A DNA stretch of 64,000 nucleotides from Octopus vulgaris (Eukaryota), in contig OX597817.1 in NCBI GenBank assembly GCA_951406725.2, forward strand, positions 120,280,001-120,344,000, read 5' to 3'. The notes under the pieces were generated by a model, which had not been told where the DNA came from, did not search any database, and saw only the letters and a program-made list of their open reading frames with translations. The translations under genes and the position numbers were made by a program. Positions 36,125 through 49,990 of the stretch are shown here, one piece after another; position 1 is the first letter of the stretch; every line of letters begins with the position of its first letter.

Positions 36125-39100
36125 TTAAATCGATGATTTTCTTTTTTCCATTTTTTTGAAAAGTTTGAAAGTGGAGATGTGTATTAACAATTTACTCAGA
36201 CTTATTGAACACCATGTTCTACACAAGTCAAGAATAATTTATGACCTCAGATAGTTAATGCATATTCCTATATTCTGAAAAGTCTGTTAAATATGTAAGA
36301 CTAATGTTTCCTATATGATGTATTTTCCTATATAGTTGTAATGATCTATCTTAGAGACATATTAAAAATATCCAATAGTTATATTAGATATTTCCTAGAG
36401 CCATATTAAACATTTCCTAATATTATATTATATATTTCCTATAATTACATGAAACATTTCTTAGCATATTCATATAATGAATTTTGGGCAACAAAAATGA
36501 AATGAAACACTGAAGTCTTTCAAATACAACATTGCAAAAGAATGTAATTGATAAAACACTGTCTTTATAATTCATAACTATACAATGGGAAAAATACTAC
36601 GAATGAAGTAGAAATGGGTATATTTTGTAAAGTGTAAATCCAGGCCATATCGAATTTGTTAGCAGCTTCAAGAAAACTAAGAAATGGCTGAATGAATAAG
36701 TGCAAGAGTGAGCAGAAATCTTTCAGTTGTCACAAAAGCAACATATTTAGAATAGACACTTGGGAGAATAGGCATTGTAATTAGCTGCTGGCTCTAATAA
36801 AAGCTTTTATCGATGAAACCCTAATCCCAATTAAGGATGCATAGATATACAAAATATCATTACAGAGCATAGACTGATAAGATTATGTATAAATTATGAG
36901 AGTACTGCTCACATCCATCATCGTATAAAGCGCTGCCAATTGGACTCTTTGAAATATGTCGGTTTCGAAAATGAACATGCTAACAAAATTAATAGTGATG
37001 ATGATCACAGGAAGTAAAATATTTGAAGCGGCAGTATTTAATTTACATGATATATGTTTCAGAATTTATGAGTAAGCATATTATTACACGTATGTCGAGT
37101 ATTAGGAGTATATGTATTCAATTCAGAAATTTCATGATAATATTTACTAAGATACATTTTCAGAAATAATCTCAACAGAAGAAAATAAATCCTGAAGCAG
37201 CTCTTAAATGTTAATAGACACATTGTTTCTAGAGTAATATATTGAAAAGATAAAATGTATCAAATACATCTAATTTGAAAATTTTATAGAACAGAAACTG
37301 CAAATTTTCAAATTTCACTGCTCTGATGGCAATTAAATAGAAATTGGTTAGAATTGTTGCCACAAATATCTGAAGTTAACTTTAAATAGATGGAAGTATG
37401 TCAAAGTAATGACTTTATAATGTTTAAATACTAAATCAGATACCTAGAGAATTTCACTCCATTATTTATTAGGTTATACATAAACATAAAATGAGAAAAT
37501 GTTCATACTTAATTCTTTTTCATGCCTTTCATTCATTTCTTACTTCTAGTAGTAATCTACAGATCACAGCATATATTTATTTTCATTATAGTTTTACTAT
37601 TGTTTATTCAGCAGTAAGACTTTTTACAATATCGTAAAATTGCTAAATTAATACATTCTACAGAAATAAAAATAAAGCAAATCATGAATGAGTTTTTCAA
37701 AAGAGGGTGAAAGGTTAGGATGAAAGCAACATATGGCATTATATACAACTATACAACTGACCAGGTTATAGGAAGAAAAAGGAAGTCACATGATGAGCGA
37801 ATGATATAACATTAAAATATATTATAAGCTTATTAAAAGTGTATCTGTATGTGCCAGATGCACAAAATCTCCAAGAAATTGTGTATTTCCTTTGGACATT
37901 AGCAGTAAATTTTAAACAACCTCAAAGGAAATTGAAATTAAGGTATACTCTCCATTTCAGGCAAATTTTATGTGTTATACACAGAATAGTATGGAATGCC
38001 CAAACAAGCTTAAATAAGGTGCATTACAATTTAGGAGCTAACACAGAGTTATGAAAGTTAAGTGATAATAGTAAAATTATGAGCGCCAACAATTATACAT
38101 AAATATCATCTTATTCATAACAGAATAGGAAACCATGACACAATAGGAAACTATATAGAAACAGGTGAGATAAGTGTTTGTACATAAAAAAAAAAAATTG
38201 CAACAAGTTAGTTTAGTGTGACATTAAAAATTCAATGTTTAAGATTTCTTCAGAGTAAAAAAAATATAGAGGCCAATATAGCAGTTGCTAAAACGTGACA
38301 GATGATATAAGAGAAAATATAAGATTTTCAATTCACAATACATGAAGAATCCATCCATATAATAATAATAATAATGAAATTATTGTATACAGTGCTCAGG
38401 TACACCACAACTTGTCAAAAGTGTGTATAAAGCATGTGCCTTAATGTACAAATGTCTGGGAAGTGAACAGTGTATGAGTCAGATACATGCTTGCATGTGT
38501 ATGGAGGGGAGAAAATCAGGTGTAGTGTTTGACTACTACACTCATTCTTCAACTCAAATTACACATTCAGTTTATGGAAGAAATATCTGTTTTCATCCCA
38601 TATTGTTTTGTCTAATGACAAACCAGTGTTATTTGCTTACTCCTTTGCTTTGGATTGAGATATCTGAGGGTAATATTCTAGCACAAAGTTAACTGAAGAT
38701 CCCTATAACAATCAATTCAGTTTTGTATTGAACAAAAGCATACAAATATGAGTTCCTATTCTCTGTACACAAATATTTATATGTGAAGTGACCAGGAAAT
38801 TAAAGAACCATAAGGTAAGGATAAGTGTGCAATGAAAGAAGTATCAAGTATAATAATATATGGTCAAAACTTCAATAAATGTCTTCATTTCCCATTTCAA
38901 ACTTGCAGGTCTATATTTGATGTATATCATTTCAATCCCGTTTCAAAATTTTCCTTTTATCACCTCAAGAATATTGGTTATCATTATTTTCTTTTTAAAT
39001 ATCATTTCTATTTTTTCTTTTTACTTTTATTAGTCCAAACTAATAGGAATGCTATATCAATGATCAAAGTCCATATTCTTTTAAACCAAAATGTCATGTG

Positions 39101-42100
39101 GTGTGTTTCACAATCTTAATGAATCAGGATTTTGTATTTTTCATTCTGTCATGATAAATAAAATAGAAAGTTAAATCCTCTTTAAATCTCAACACTAGGC
39201 AGATTCTCCTATCAAGTAGTCAAAAACTAAATTTAACAGAATAAAGAGTAGACATTATAGTTCAACCTAACCAATTATCATAATCTGTAGTAATAAACAT
39301 TTAATAGTATTAAATAAGAGAGAAAACAGATACTGCTACTGGTTTACTGACATTAGATTTTGCAATTATATATGTTTTACACATTCATTTTAATGTTTCA
39401 AATATATAATTCTTTTATCTTTCTATAACAATTTGATGTTTATCGCAATAAGAAATTCATTCCAACTAGTAAAGTTTTGCTTTGAAAAGATACTACTAAA
39501 ATAGGTCTTAAGCTTTCATTTTTTCTTTTGAAATGAATATTAATACAAATGATGGGAGAAAAATGCAATTCTCATAAATACAATGCAGAATACTAGACCA
39601 TGATAGGATTTTAAGCTCCACTCAATGCTTTATAAGAACAATTAATGGTTACTTCTACCCTTTACACACCCACTTCCATAAAAAGAAAGAGAAAACAACT
39701 ATTCTACAAGATGGACAGCAATAAGTGAAGGGAAAAGGTCATAACATGTTAATACTAAAAAAAGAAAGAACTACTACAGTAATACTTCCCATCACTTTTC
39801 AGATCTAATTCTCTAGGAAATGTCAGCTTAATCTATTTGTATCAATTGTCTTTGTATTATTTATTATCAAAATCATAATGGTGGAGTAGAGGGGATAAAA
39901 ACTTTCTTTAGTTTCAAGTTTGTACCCTATTGAATGCATCATGTCTCTAAATAAGACAAATAACTTCATTTGTTTTATAAAGAGGATTTATAATGGATAA
40001 TCTTAAGTTCTAATTATATTGCAAATTCTCAAGAGAAAGGCATTAATATCTCAGTTTCTAATTCCCAGATCTATAAGAAAGAACTTTATGCTTCAGAATT
40101 TTTTTTTTTTTTTTAATACATAAATTACTCAGCTGGGACAAACATTTACATAATATTTACAGTTTGCAATTCCAGAAGGGAGACGGGAGAATGAGACACA
40201 GGAGAAATGATAAGAGTATGAAAAATGGACTGTGTCACGTGTGCCTGAGACTGAATGTAAAAGAAAGAAACTATGCAGAAAGCTAGTTTAGAACTTAAGA
40301 CAAAAAGGTAACTGAGAGTACAAATGATATTATTATTTTGAATCAAATTAATTTCAGACCAGGTGACTTACTTAATAAAGAACAGATTGAAAGTCGACTA
40401 ATATCATGGAGGGGTCACTTCAGCCATCCAAGTACACGGAAAATCTACTATATTTCTATCTATTTCTATCTATTATGAAATGTGAGTAGGTTCTGTAACA
40501 TCTGCAACCTGGTCAATGACTCAATTGAAATGCAGTGTAAATGTGTCCGTGATCAGGTTACTGAAGTATGACAAAACTCCAAGCACTTTAAAATAGCACT
40601 ATTAAGGAAAAAAATTAAAACTGAATATAACAGGTCTTGTACATTCCCAAATGGCTAAAATAGCTCCCTGACAACATAACTGAATCAAATTACTTAATAT
40701 TCATTCATTATATTTGACAGATTGCAAAATCTATAACTAGATGAAATATAATTGAAACACAAATCAAAATAATGGATAATATAATTTCAATAACATATTA
40801 AAATTCAACTCAAGTAGATGGATATTCAAATCTTAAATTACTAAGCCAGTTTGTTTTTTGCTTTTTTTTTCCCTTAAAATATATGCACACATATTCATGA
40901 TGATATAGACTATAGAATATTTTTCCTCATGTTTTATTTCCTTCTGAGAGGAAAACAAAAAATAGATTTCTTATGTGTATATATACATATCCACAGTGAA
41001 TATGAACTTTTAACACAGTGTAAACATGTTCTAATCTTTTAAATGAATGGTGGTGGAAATAAAGTATAACTTAAAATGAAAAGAAAAATATACAGACTGT
41101 AGAAATGTTTTGAAATCAAACCTACTTGAAATAAATAGAATGGATATTAGTTAGCTTTGTGAACAATGCATTTTTTTTTTTTTTTTCAAGATTTGCATAT
41201 GATAACATAAATACATATTTATTTCATACCTAAGATAAATATCCATACAAATTCATATGAAAGGAATTTCCAATCAGATTTTCAATAGGAAATAACAACA
41301 TGTTGGTAAATTTTTCACTTAGCTGCTTCTATTGCTGAGATATTTATCCTGGCTCATTTTATTTCCAGTATTCAATATACTAGCTTTATTTATTTTCTTA
41401 AATTCTAGATATAAAATGTAAGGATAAAAACAGATCTTTTAGAAATATATTTGGTTTATTCTGATTTATATCCTATCAGATCAATTTCTAAATCTTTTTT
41501 AGATATTTATATGAAAAATATAATAGATTATGTTTTTATGCTTGTGTGCATATTTTCATTCACACAAACTTATAAAACAGTTCTTCTCACTAGCCTTGCC
41601 ATCACAGAGAAGCAAATAATATAATCCAACGAAGAGAAAATCACACACAAACTAACACTATATACACACATACATGCATGCATATAAGGGTAAGTTAACA
41701 ATGTCTTGTAAGTATTATACAGACACGTCACTAAGCAAGTGCAAATTAAAAGGTGACAAGAGCATTAATATTACAAATAATACCAATATTTGGAAAGTAG
41801 TATTATGTTTGCAAAAAGTATAGCAATGTTTTATATGCATAGAAAAGCAACATATTATATGTCTAGAAAAAGTAAAGTCAAATGTCTGTGAAGAATTACT
41901 ATCAGTCATTATGTATTCCAGTTATCAAAAACCATACCTACATCATTTACATGGTTGTAGTATTTCAAATGTTTTGAGAGTATAAAGGCATTAAAATTAT
42001 AGCAAAGATATGAAATATAAATCATTTTTATTCTGTAGAAATATTTTATACACTTCTTAGCTTATTTACCAAGATAATATCAAGGTGAAGACACATCAGC

Positions 42101-42404
42101 TAGTGAAATAATTAATAGTAATGACACAGGCTTTCCAATTTGTAATGTCAACAATCACTGGGTTATAAATTTTCACAATAGTTTTGGTTGACTCACTGTT
42201 TTGAGGGATTTTAATGCAGAATTTTGTGCTGATTCCAAAAATCTGTTTATTTTTTCTCTACCATCAACTGTTTGTGAGATATATCGAATTATATTAATAT
42301 ACATTTATCATCAGACATCATACACACATCATACATATCATCATATACACATATCATCATACATCTGACAACTGTCTATGTAAACAAAAGTTCTAACATC
42401 ACTT

Positions 42405-43199
42405 TATCATAGGTTGTTACATGGCATAACTCTTCCTGTAAAACATATTTTTCTACTCTACAAATAAATCATTACTTCCTAAAGTTGATATTGTACCTCC
42501 ATTATTTGTATAAAAGTATTTAAAGGCTTAAGTGAAAAGGTAGTGTCATCACTGCCTTCTGCTACACACAACAGACTCGAGAAATGGATTGGTCTGGTTA
42601 TGGAGAAGAAGTGACAAGCAAATTTTGTATCTGCACATTTTCTGATTTTCATTCAAATCATGTGGTACCCATTTGTCAAGCTTTTTTGATTTTCTGATCA
42701 CATTCAAATGATTGCAGGCAGTTTTTTTGGCTAACTTGAAGTTCATTCACCAGTTCTCGAGTGGTTTTACATGGATCTTTCTCAATGACAGTCTTTAATT
42801 GACCGTCATTGATAACAGATGGATGTCCACTATGCTCACGATCTTCAAGGATCAGGTCTCCACTGCAAAATTGTTTAAACCATTTTTGAGCTGACCCACT
42901 CACTGGTCATTTCCTCACCAAATGTTTCGTTGATATCGTGAGCAGTTTCAGCTATCTTATGTCTTTGTTTGATGTTGAATAGCAAAATTGCTCGAATATT
43001 GCACTTTGACAGTTCCATTTCAGATGATTGTAACAAGGGTGAAAAACATATCAATTTTAATTTATTGGTGCATTTGGACAAGTCTACGACTGTATTATCA
43101 GACAATTGCAAAAAAATGTTTAAAAAAATTCAAAACACTGCAAAAATCCAGTACAATTTTTTCATGGTCCAAGATGCTTACTTTTTACTCAATCTGATA
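42405..43199 (-). mobile_element. Internally deleted Hsmar1-like mariner
   Basis: MELSKCNIRAILLF..AETAHDINETFG..QKWFKQFCSGDLILED..SGHPS..KKLDKWVPHDLNENQK, frameshifted; DDD catalytic domain missing; 5' TIR tatcagattgagtaaaaagtaa. The 3' boundary is approximate. Confidence 0.9.
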
Positions 43200-45807
43200 G
43201 TTATTTCTTATTGAATTACACTTAGATAAAAGATATTCCTAATTCTTTAAGCTGCATCAAAATTGATGCTGTTGAAAAAGAAAAAAAGGAAAAAAAATTA
43301 TGGAACCAAAAGTGGTCAAATTTGAATGAGAATATGGCCCAAATTTGTCCTTAAACCACATCTTGGTCAGTTATAGAAAGCATTTAGCATAATAAAACTG
43401 AATTGAAATATCGCAGTGAGAGGAATCTATACATGCAAACATTGCACCATCATACAAGTATTGTTATTTGTTTGTAATCTTTCAGGAAAATATATTCAGC
43501 TATTGTGCTGCCATGTTTCTGAGACTAAGACTAAGGGAAATATTACCTGGCTTGGAAACAAGTAAGGATTAGTGACAATTGCCATGAAGCAATTCTACAA
43601 TGAATGCGTCATGGCAATTCATTGTAGAGTTTTAACCTTAAACATTTAAAGTTCGATGTCAGTATATATTAAAAACAAAAAGGAAATGCTCTGAGAACTT
43701 CATCATGGATGGAAGAAAGAAAATATTTATATTCTCATCAAATTAGAATACCAGTTTCATTTGTTTTTTTAAACAAATATAGTCATGCTATAAGAAAATG
43801 GAAAATTAACTAAATTTAATTAAATAATAGCTGTTTCAAAATCTCACAGGTCTTTCTTACAAAATCCACATGGTAGCAGCTGCTGGCAATAGTAGTAGTA
43901 ACAATTTTAATCTTGCTCTAAAGTAATCTTTGTGTTAAATTTCTAAAGAGGTCACTGGAGTCTAATAGCTGAAGAATTAAGCATCGGGATTCTTAGCTAG
44001 TTGGCTCTCGTTCAGTTTCAGAACAAACCTGAACTATGACAATTCTAGTTCTAAGAATTTTTATATATCTATACATAACTGATGGTGCATACTGACAATA
44101 AGTTATGAGAAAATAATTTAAAAAATAGCTAGGCAATTTGGAAGATCATCAGACAAAATACTTTACATGATATGGCAGTTTACTCTTTATGCTCTGAGTT
44201 CAAATAATTTTACCATTCCACTTTCAAAAGGTTAACAAAACAAGTACCATTCAAGTAATGAAAGTCATGAACTGCTTCCTCTCTCAAAATGTGTGACCTT
44301 GTGACTAAGATAAAAAATCAATTAAATAATTCTATATAAGAATATATGTTTAGCCTTGTCAATAAAAGCATGAAGATGCAGGTCCAATTTAATATTCATA
44401 CACCTATTATCAAGCCTATATCAGCCAGTGATTAATTCTGGATATCTAGTGTTGTATAAAAATTTGAATAAAAAAATATAAATGTCTCTGACTGCATCAA
44501 AGCAATCAAAATAACTATTAAGTCATCATTTCTTTAGTAGGTATTTTTTTGGAGGACACCTTTCTCTTACTTCTTTAGCATCACTTGATGTCTTTTTCTT
44601 TCTTTCTTTCCAGTATTCAACACATCTACAGAGCATAATGTCCAATGAGAAAGGAAACTATTACCATTGATGTTTCTGAATCATTTCTTTTCCATATAAG
44701 AGTTTCATAGAAAGAAAAAGTTATAAGGGGAGAAAGAAAGGTAAAGAAAAATGTATGATAAGGAATAGAGAAATGAAGTAGAGTTGTTATTTTTCTTGCC
44801 AATTGCTATTTACCCACATGACAGCTATCGATATCCAAAGAATAATGCTAGCCTGCTTCTACTAAATAGGCACATTGGTAAACTCTTATACGAACTCATT
44901 ATGAATTTCTGGACTTTGTACGTTGAAAGTTTATCAGCATCGAAAACGATATTCTTCAAACTCATATTATTGGAAACAGATAATTATATATACTTCGTAA
45001 CACAAATGTGAATAGTAAACACATGAATTCTTATTTTAATTAATTTGAAATACTTCTCTGTAGATGTCTGTTGACTTTATAGTTAATACACAATGATTTA
45101 GGTAGTCACTGGATTTTACCATCAATAACACTCTTTTTGTAAACTCTGTCACGTAGAGCAATATACTGCCAATATCATTTAGATTAAACTTCAGCACAAT
45201 CCATTTCAAACTTTTCTTATTCATTCCTCTGGAGACAGAATGACAGAATACATACTAACAACTCAGCAATATATATCTACTTCAATTTAATGTAGCAAAT
45301 ACAGATGCAAGCTGAATGGAATGAAAGTTAAATATAATATACTGATTCTTGTACTAGTTATGAAGTATAGTTTTCAGATGAAAATCATTCACATTTTGAC
45401 AAGAAATATCATTAAGCAAACACATTTTCTCATTTAAATAATCACCCATTTACATGCATCATATAAAACTCAACAAATGATGTGTTCCCCATTCTTTTAA
45501 ATAAAACAATAGCCATCATACAATCACACATTTGCATACTTACACAAACATACAGTGACACACAGATATACATACACATTCTCACACAATGCACTTCAGT
45601 GTCAAGCTCTACTAAGAGTATTTGGCAGTGTTTATGTTTGCTTGGTGATAAATCCTTCCCCCAGAAGGATTTATCTTCAGGCAATTTAAATTGATGTGAT
45701 ATAAGACAATGGTTACAATACAGCAGAATTACCATTACGACAATGAACTAAATAGCAAGAAATATTTAAATTCATTAGTATGCATACATAAGCTGATTTC
45801 ATGTTAC

Positions 45808-45845
45808 TTGTATATATATTTATATATGTATACACACACACACAT

Positions 45846-45923
<78 letters not shown>

Positions 45924-45925
45924 AC
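45808..45925. repeat. Compound (CA)/(TA)/(TG) microsatellite
   Basis: Seen directly; one of many (for example 4283-4326, 24636-24668, 25495-25520, 46050-46143, 49953-49987, 54128-54197). Confidence 0.95.
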
Positions 45926-46740
45926 ACATGTACCGCGACATCCTTTGTGTTCTGTTTTTGATTTTATTTGATATATACCCTCTCACCTCTGCCACTAGCT
46001 GGCATATACAGGTGCTTACACTTATCAAGTATTCACCCTAAATTTACAGTATATATATATACACACACACACACACGCACGCATACACACACACACGCAT
46101 GCACACACACACACGCACACACACATATGCACACACACACACATCTATAAAGGAGATCCATCAGCTCACAGTTTTGTAAGAGATGCTCCTATAACAAGTG
46201 CACATATAGTGATAGAAGATGCATTATATATACTTTTAACCTGAGTATTAACTGTAAGACCAGGGATGTAGTCTACCACATAAAATGCATCAAAGATGAT
46301 TATAAGAAGCAAAATACAGTATACATTGAGGAAACTTCTACAAGTTTAGCTGAAAGATTAAATGAGTACTGGCAGGAGTATAATAATGATGGAAACAGTC
46401 ATCTATACTCTATCAGCATGTCAAAGATCATCATGGTGGCCTTCTGAATTGAATTAATATCGAAATCTAATGCTACAACCACTACCCAAGCAATATACAT
46501 ACATGTCTACATCTTTGTGTGTTGGAAGGTGTGTGCAGATATAGGTAGGTGTATATAAATAGGATAGGGCTAGAATGACAACAGGATGTAAAGAAATAAA
46601 TGTAATTATGAACCATTCTAATGCAAAACTCTATACATGCACACATGTATGTATGGGTGGGTATATATATATATATATATTCACATACATAGACATATAT
46701 GTGTGTGTATGTGTATATATATATATATAAATATATATAA

Positions 46741-47282
46741 GACCTGTCAAACTGAGTGAAATCAGTCATGGATGATGCCAATGCTGTCTGACTGGCACCC
46801 ATACCTGTAGCACATAAAAAGTGTCATTCATGTGTTGGGCCTCATGGAGGCAGTGACGTTAAGCCTAGTGAGATCATAGTCATGACTGATGTCAGTGTCG
46901 TGTAACTGGACTGTTAAAAGTACCCTTCAATCATTGTGCAATATGCTGTGCTTGTGAACACCTGTTGAACCGAGTGAAATCATAGTTGTGGCCAATGTCA
47001 GTGCCATTTGACTGGCATGTAAAAAGCATCATTCAAGCGTTAGGCCATGCTTGTGTTAATCTGTCAAGCTAAGTGAGACCGTAGTCATGGTTGATGCTGG
47101 TGTCAGGTCAATGGCACATAAAAAGTACCACCACACTCTTTAAGGGCATCCAAGCGTAGAAACCTTGCTGAATCAAATTGGAACTTGGTGCAACCCCACC
47201 ACTGGCTTATCAGTTTTCAGTCAAACTGTCCAACCTATGTCAGCATGGAAAGTGGAAGTTAATCGATGATGATGATGATGAC
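46741..47282 (+). mobile_element. Family E element with about four diverged internal tandem modules and an RTE-type tail
   Basis: Repeated (ctgtcaa)..agtga(a/g)atc.tagtcatgg..gatg.c.gtg...tggca..taaaaag modules, then aagggcatcca..gtagaaacc..cagcatggaaagtgga.gttaa.cgatgatgatg. Confidence 0.7.
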
Positions 47283-47446
47283 ACACATATATAGACATAT
47301 ATAATACCATATATAATACAAGACCCTTACTCATGGTACCACACAGTTGGACTGAATCAGGAACAATGTGGTTGGGAAGTAAGCTCTTACCACACAGCCA
47401 CACCTGTGCATATCCACACAGCCTCACAGCAATGCACTTATATATA

Positions 47447-48301
47447 TTGGGTCATCCCATAAATAATGCAGTTTTTTCAATTGCATGAACTAACTGTTTG
47501 AGGAGGATAGATAAACTACCTTCATCAAATTGCTATCAAAGCAGGTAGTAATATTACCTTGTACTTATTCTTAGTGCAAGTTTTGAAGAGTGCAGTTCGA
47601 TTTTAACAGTTATATTTTCAAGGTTATAATGGAAGTGGCAAAGGAGCATATTCAGCATACTTTGCTTTATGAGTTCACTAAAGGCAACAATGCAACAGAA
47701 AGTGCGAGGAATATTAATGCAGTATATGGGGATCAGACATTAAGTGTAAGCCAGTGTCACAGTGGTTCCAGAAATTTTGAGCTGGAAACTATAACCTAGA
47801 AGATGAGCCTCATCCTGGAAGATCTGTAGAGCTTGATGAATACATCCAGCAAACCCTGGTGGAACAAAATCCCATTGTAACTGTTGAGGAACTAACAGAG
47901 AAGCTTGGATTTGGTCATTCAAGTGAGTGCTAGAAGAAAAATGACCATCTTTGGTTTCAAGAATGATATTCTAAAGGCTGGAGCAGTTTGAATGGGAAAC
48001 AATGCCCCACCCACCATATTCACCAGACATTACTCCTTCTCATTATCACTTATTCCGCAGTTTTCAAAATAATTTGGATGGAAAAATATGAATTCTGTAG
48101 ATGAAGTCAGAACAGTAGTGGAGGAGTATTTTTCATCATGGACAAGTTAATTTTAGAAGAGGAGTCTTGCAGGTATACCTGATAGATGGAAGAACATTGT
48201 AGAAAATGAAGGAGAGTATATTTTAGATTAAAAAAGTATTGTCTTAATGTTGAAAAATAAAAAGAGGTATAAAAAACTGCATTATTTATGGGATGACCCA
48301 A
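47447..48301 (+). mobile_element. Internally deleted mariner with intact 31-bp TIRs
   Basis: TIR ttgggtcatcccataaataatgcagtttttt at both ends; MEVAKEHIQHTLLYEF..ESARNINAVYG.. and HPPYSPDITPSHYHLF..IPDRWKNIVENEGEYILD*; central part deleted. Confidence 0.95.
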
Positions 48302-49091
48302 CACACACACACAAACATACATAATACTCTACCTTCACCTTCCAGTACAAACTCTTATTCCTTTTCTTCCACGTATCCTGAATCTCTGTCCATTTTCTGG
48401 ATCACATGGCATCTATCATCTTTCATCTTTCTGCTATCTTAATCATGTTGCATTGAATATACAAAACTATTTCAGAATAATGAATATGCCTGTCACTACT
48501 CCACCTATTACACATTCCTTTTATCACTATCATTCATTCATACATCTATCACACATACTCCTCACACAGTAAAAAGGCTGGTGACTGACCAAAAACATGA
48601 AGCTGTGAGGCTTCTAATTTTTCGTGCACATGTCATAAAAAATGTACCCAGTACACTTTAATAGTATATGAGGTTGTGTGTGACCCTTTATTTCTATCAA
48701 GGACAGAACAACTCTTTAATGCTGATGCTGTGAGAAAAAAAAAACACAATATATAATGTGAAGTGGTTGGTGTTAGGAAGGTCATCCAGCCGAAAGAAAC
48801 GAAGTCAAAAATAGAATGCAAACAAAATAAAGTTTTCCAGCTTATCTAGTGGGGCAATACTTTTTGAATATGTGCAGACTCCGACCATGGCAACCAATTC
48901 TACACATGCAATGATGAAAAGCAGAAAGTCAACAGCGATGATAGTGATGATGATGACAATGACAACAGTTAATGACGATGACAGTGTAATATTTGCACCA
49001 TAAGTTGAACAGATGTCATCAGTTACTATAGTTTATTAAATATTTTCTCGGCTCATATAAATGAACAAGTCAGTAACATATTCCTAGTGAA

Positions 49092-49497
49092 TACTCTTTT
49101 ACTTGTTTCAATCATTTGACTGTGGCCATGCTGGAGCACCGCCTTTAGTTGAGCAAATCGACCCCAGAACTTATTCTTTGTAAGCCTAATACTTATTATA
49201 CTCTTTTGCTGAACCGCTAAGTAATAGGGACGTAAGCACACCAGCATCGGTTGTCAAATGATGTTGCGGGGGGACAAACACAGACATACAAACATATACA
49301 CACACATACATTTATATATATATATATATATACATATATGCGACGGGCTTCTTTCAGTTTCCGTCTACCAAATCCACTCACAAGGCTTTGGTCGGCCTGA
49401 GGCTATACTAGAAGACACTTGCCCAAGGTGCCACGCAGTGGGATTGAACCCGAAACCATGTGGTTGGTAAGCAAGCTACTTACCACACAGCCACTCC
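49092..49497 (-). mobile_element. SINE family A copy
   Basis: Reverse complement of 4346-4745. Confidence 0.9.
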
Positions 49498-49950
49498 CAC
49501 CTTAACTTTTAGTATTACATAATACCAAATGTAATACAAACAATATAATGTAAACTTAGAAAAATAACTTACTCTCTCTTCTCTAGATATATCTTATCAT
49601 ATACTACAATTATCCAAAGCTATTTTGGACATAAAATTCAGTCATGATTCTCTGCTATTTCCTAGTTTACAAAATGCCTCCAAAATATATATTTCTGCAG
49701 AAGATATGAACTCATTTCATATTCAATACAAATAAAGGTCTAAAGCCATAACCATTAACATTTCAAAGAAATTAATATATTGCCCCAAGTATGTGTGTGT
49801 GTGTGTGCATGTGTGTGTGTATGTGTGTGTGTATGTGTCAAGGATCTATATAAAGGTAAGCAGTTTTAAAAATATATATAAACAAAAAAATTTATAGACA
49901 GTATTCACTTAATAAGATTATTCTCTATTATATATATGTTTGAGGGTATG

Positions 49951-49990
<40 letters not shown>

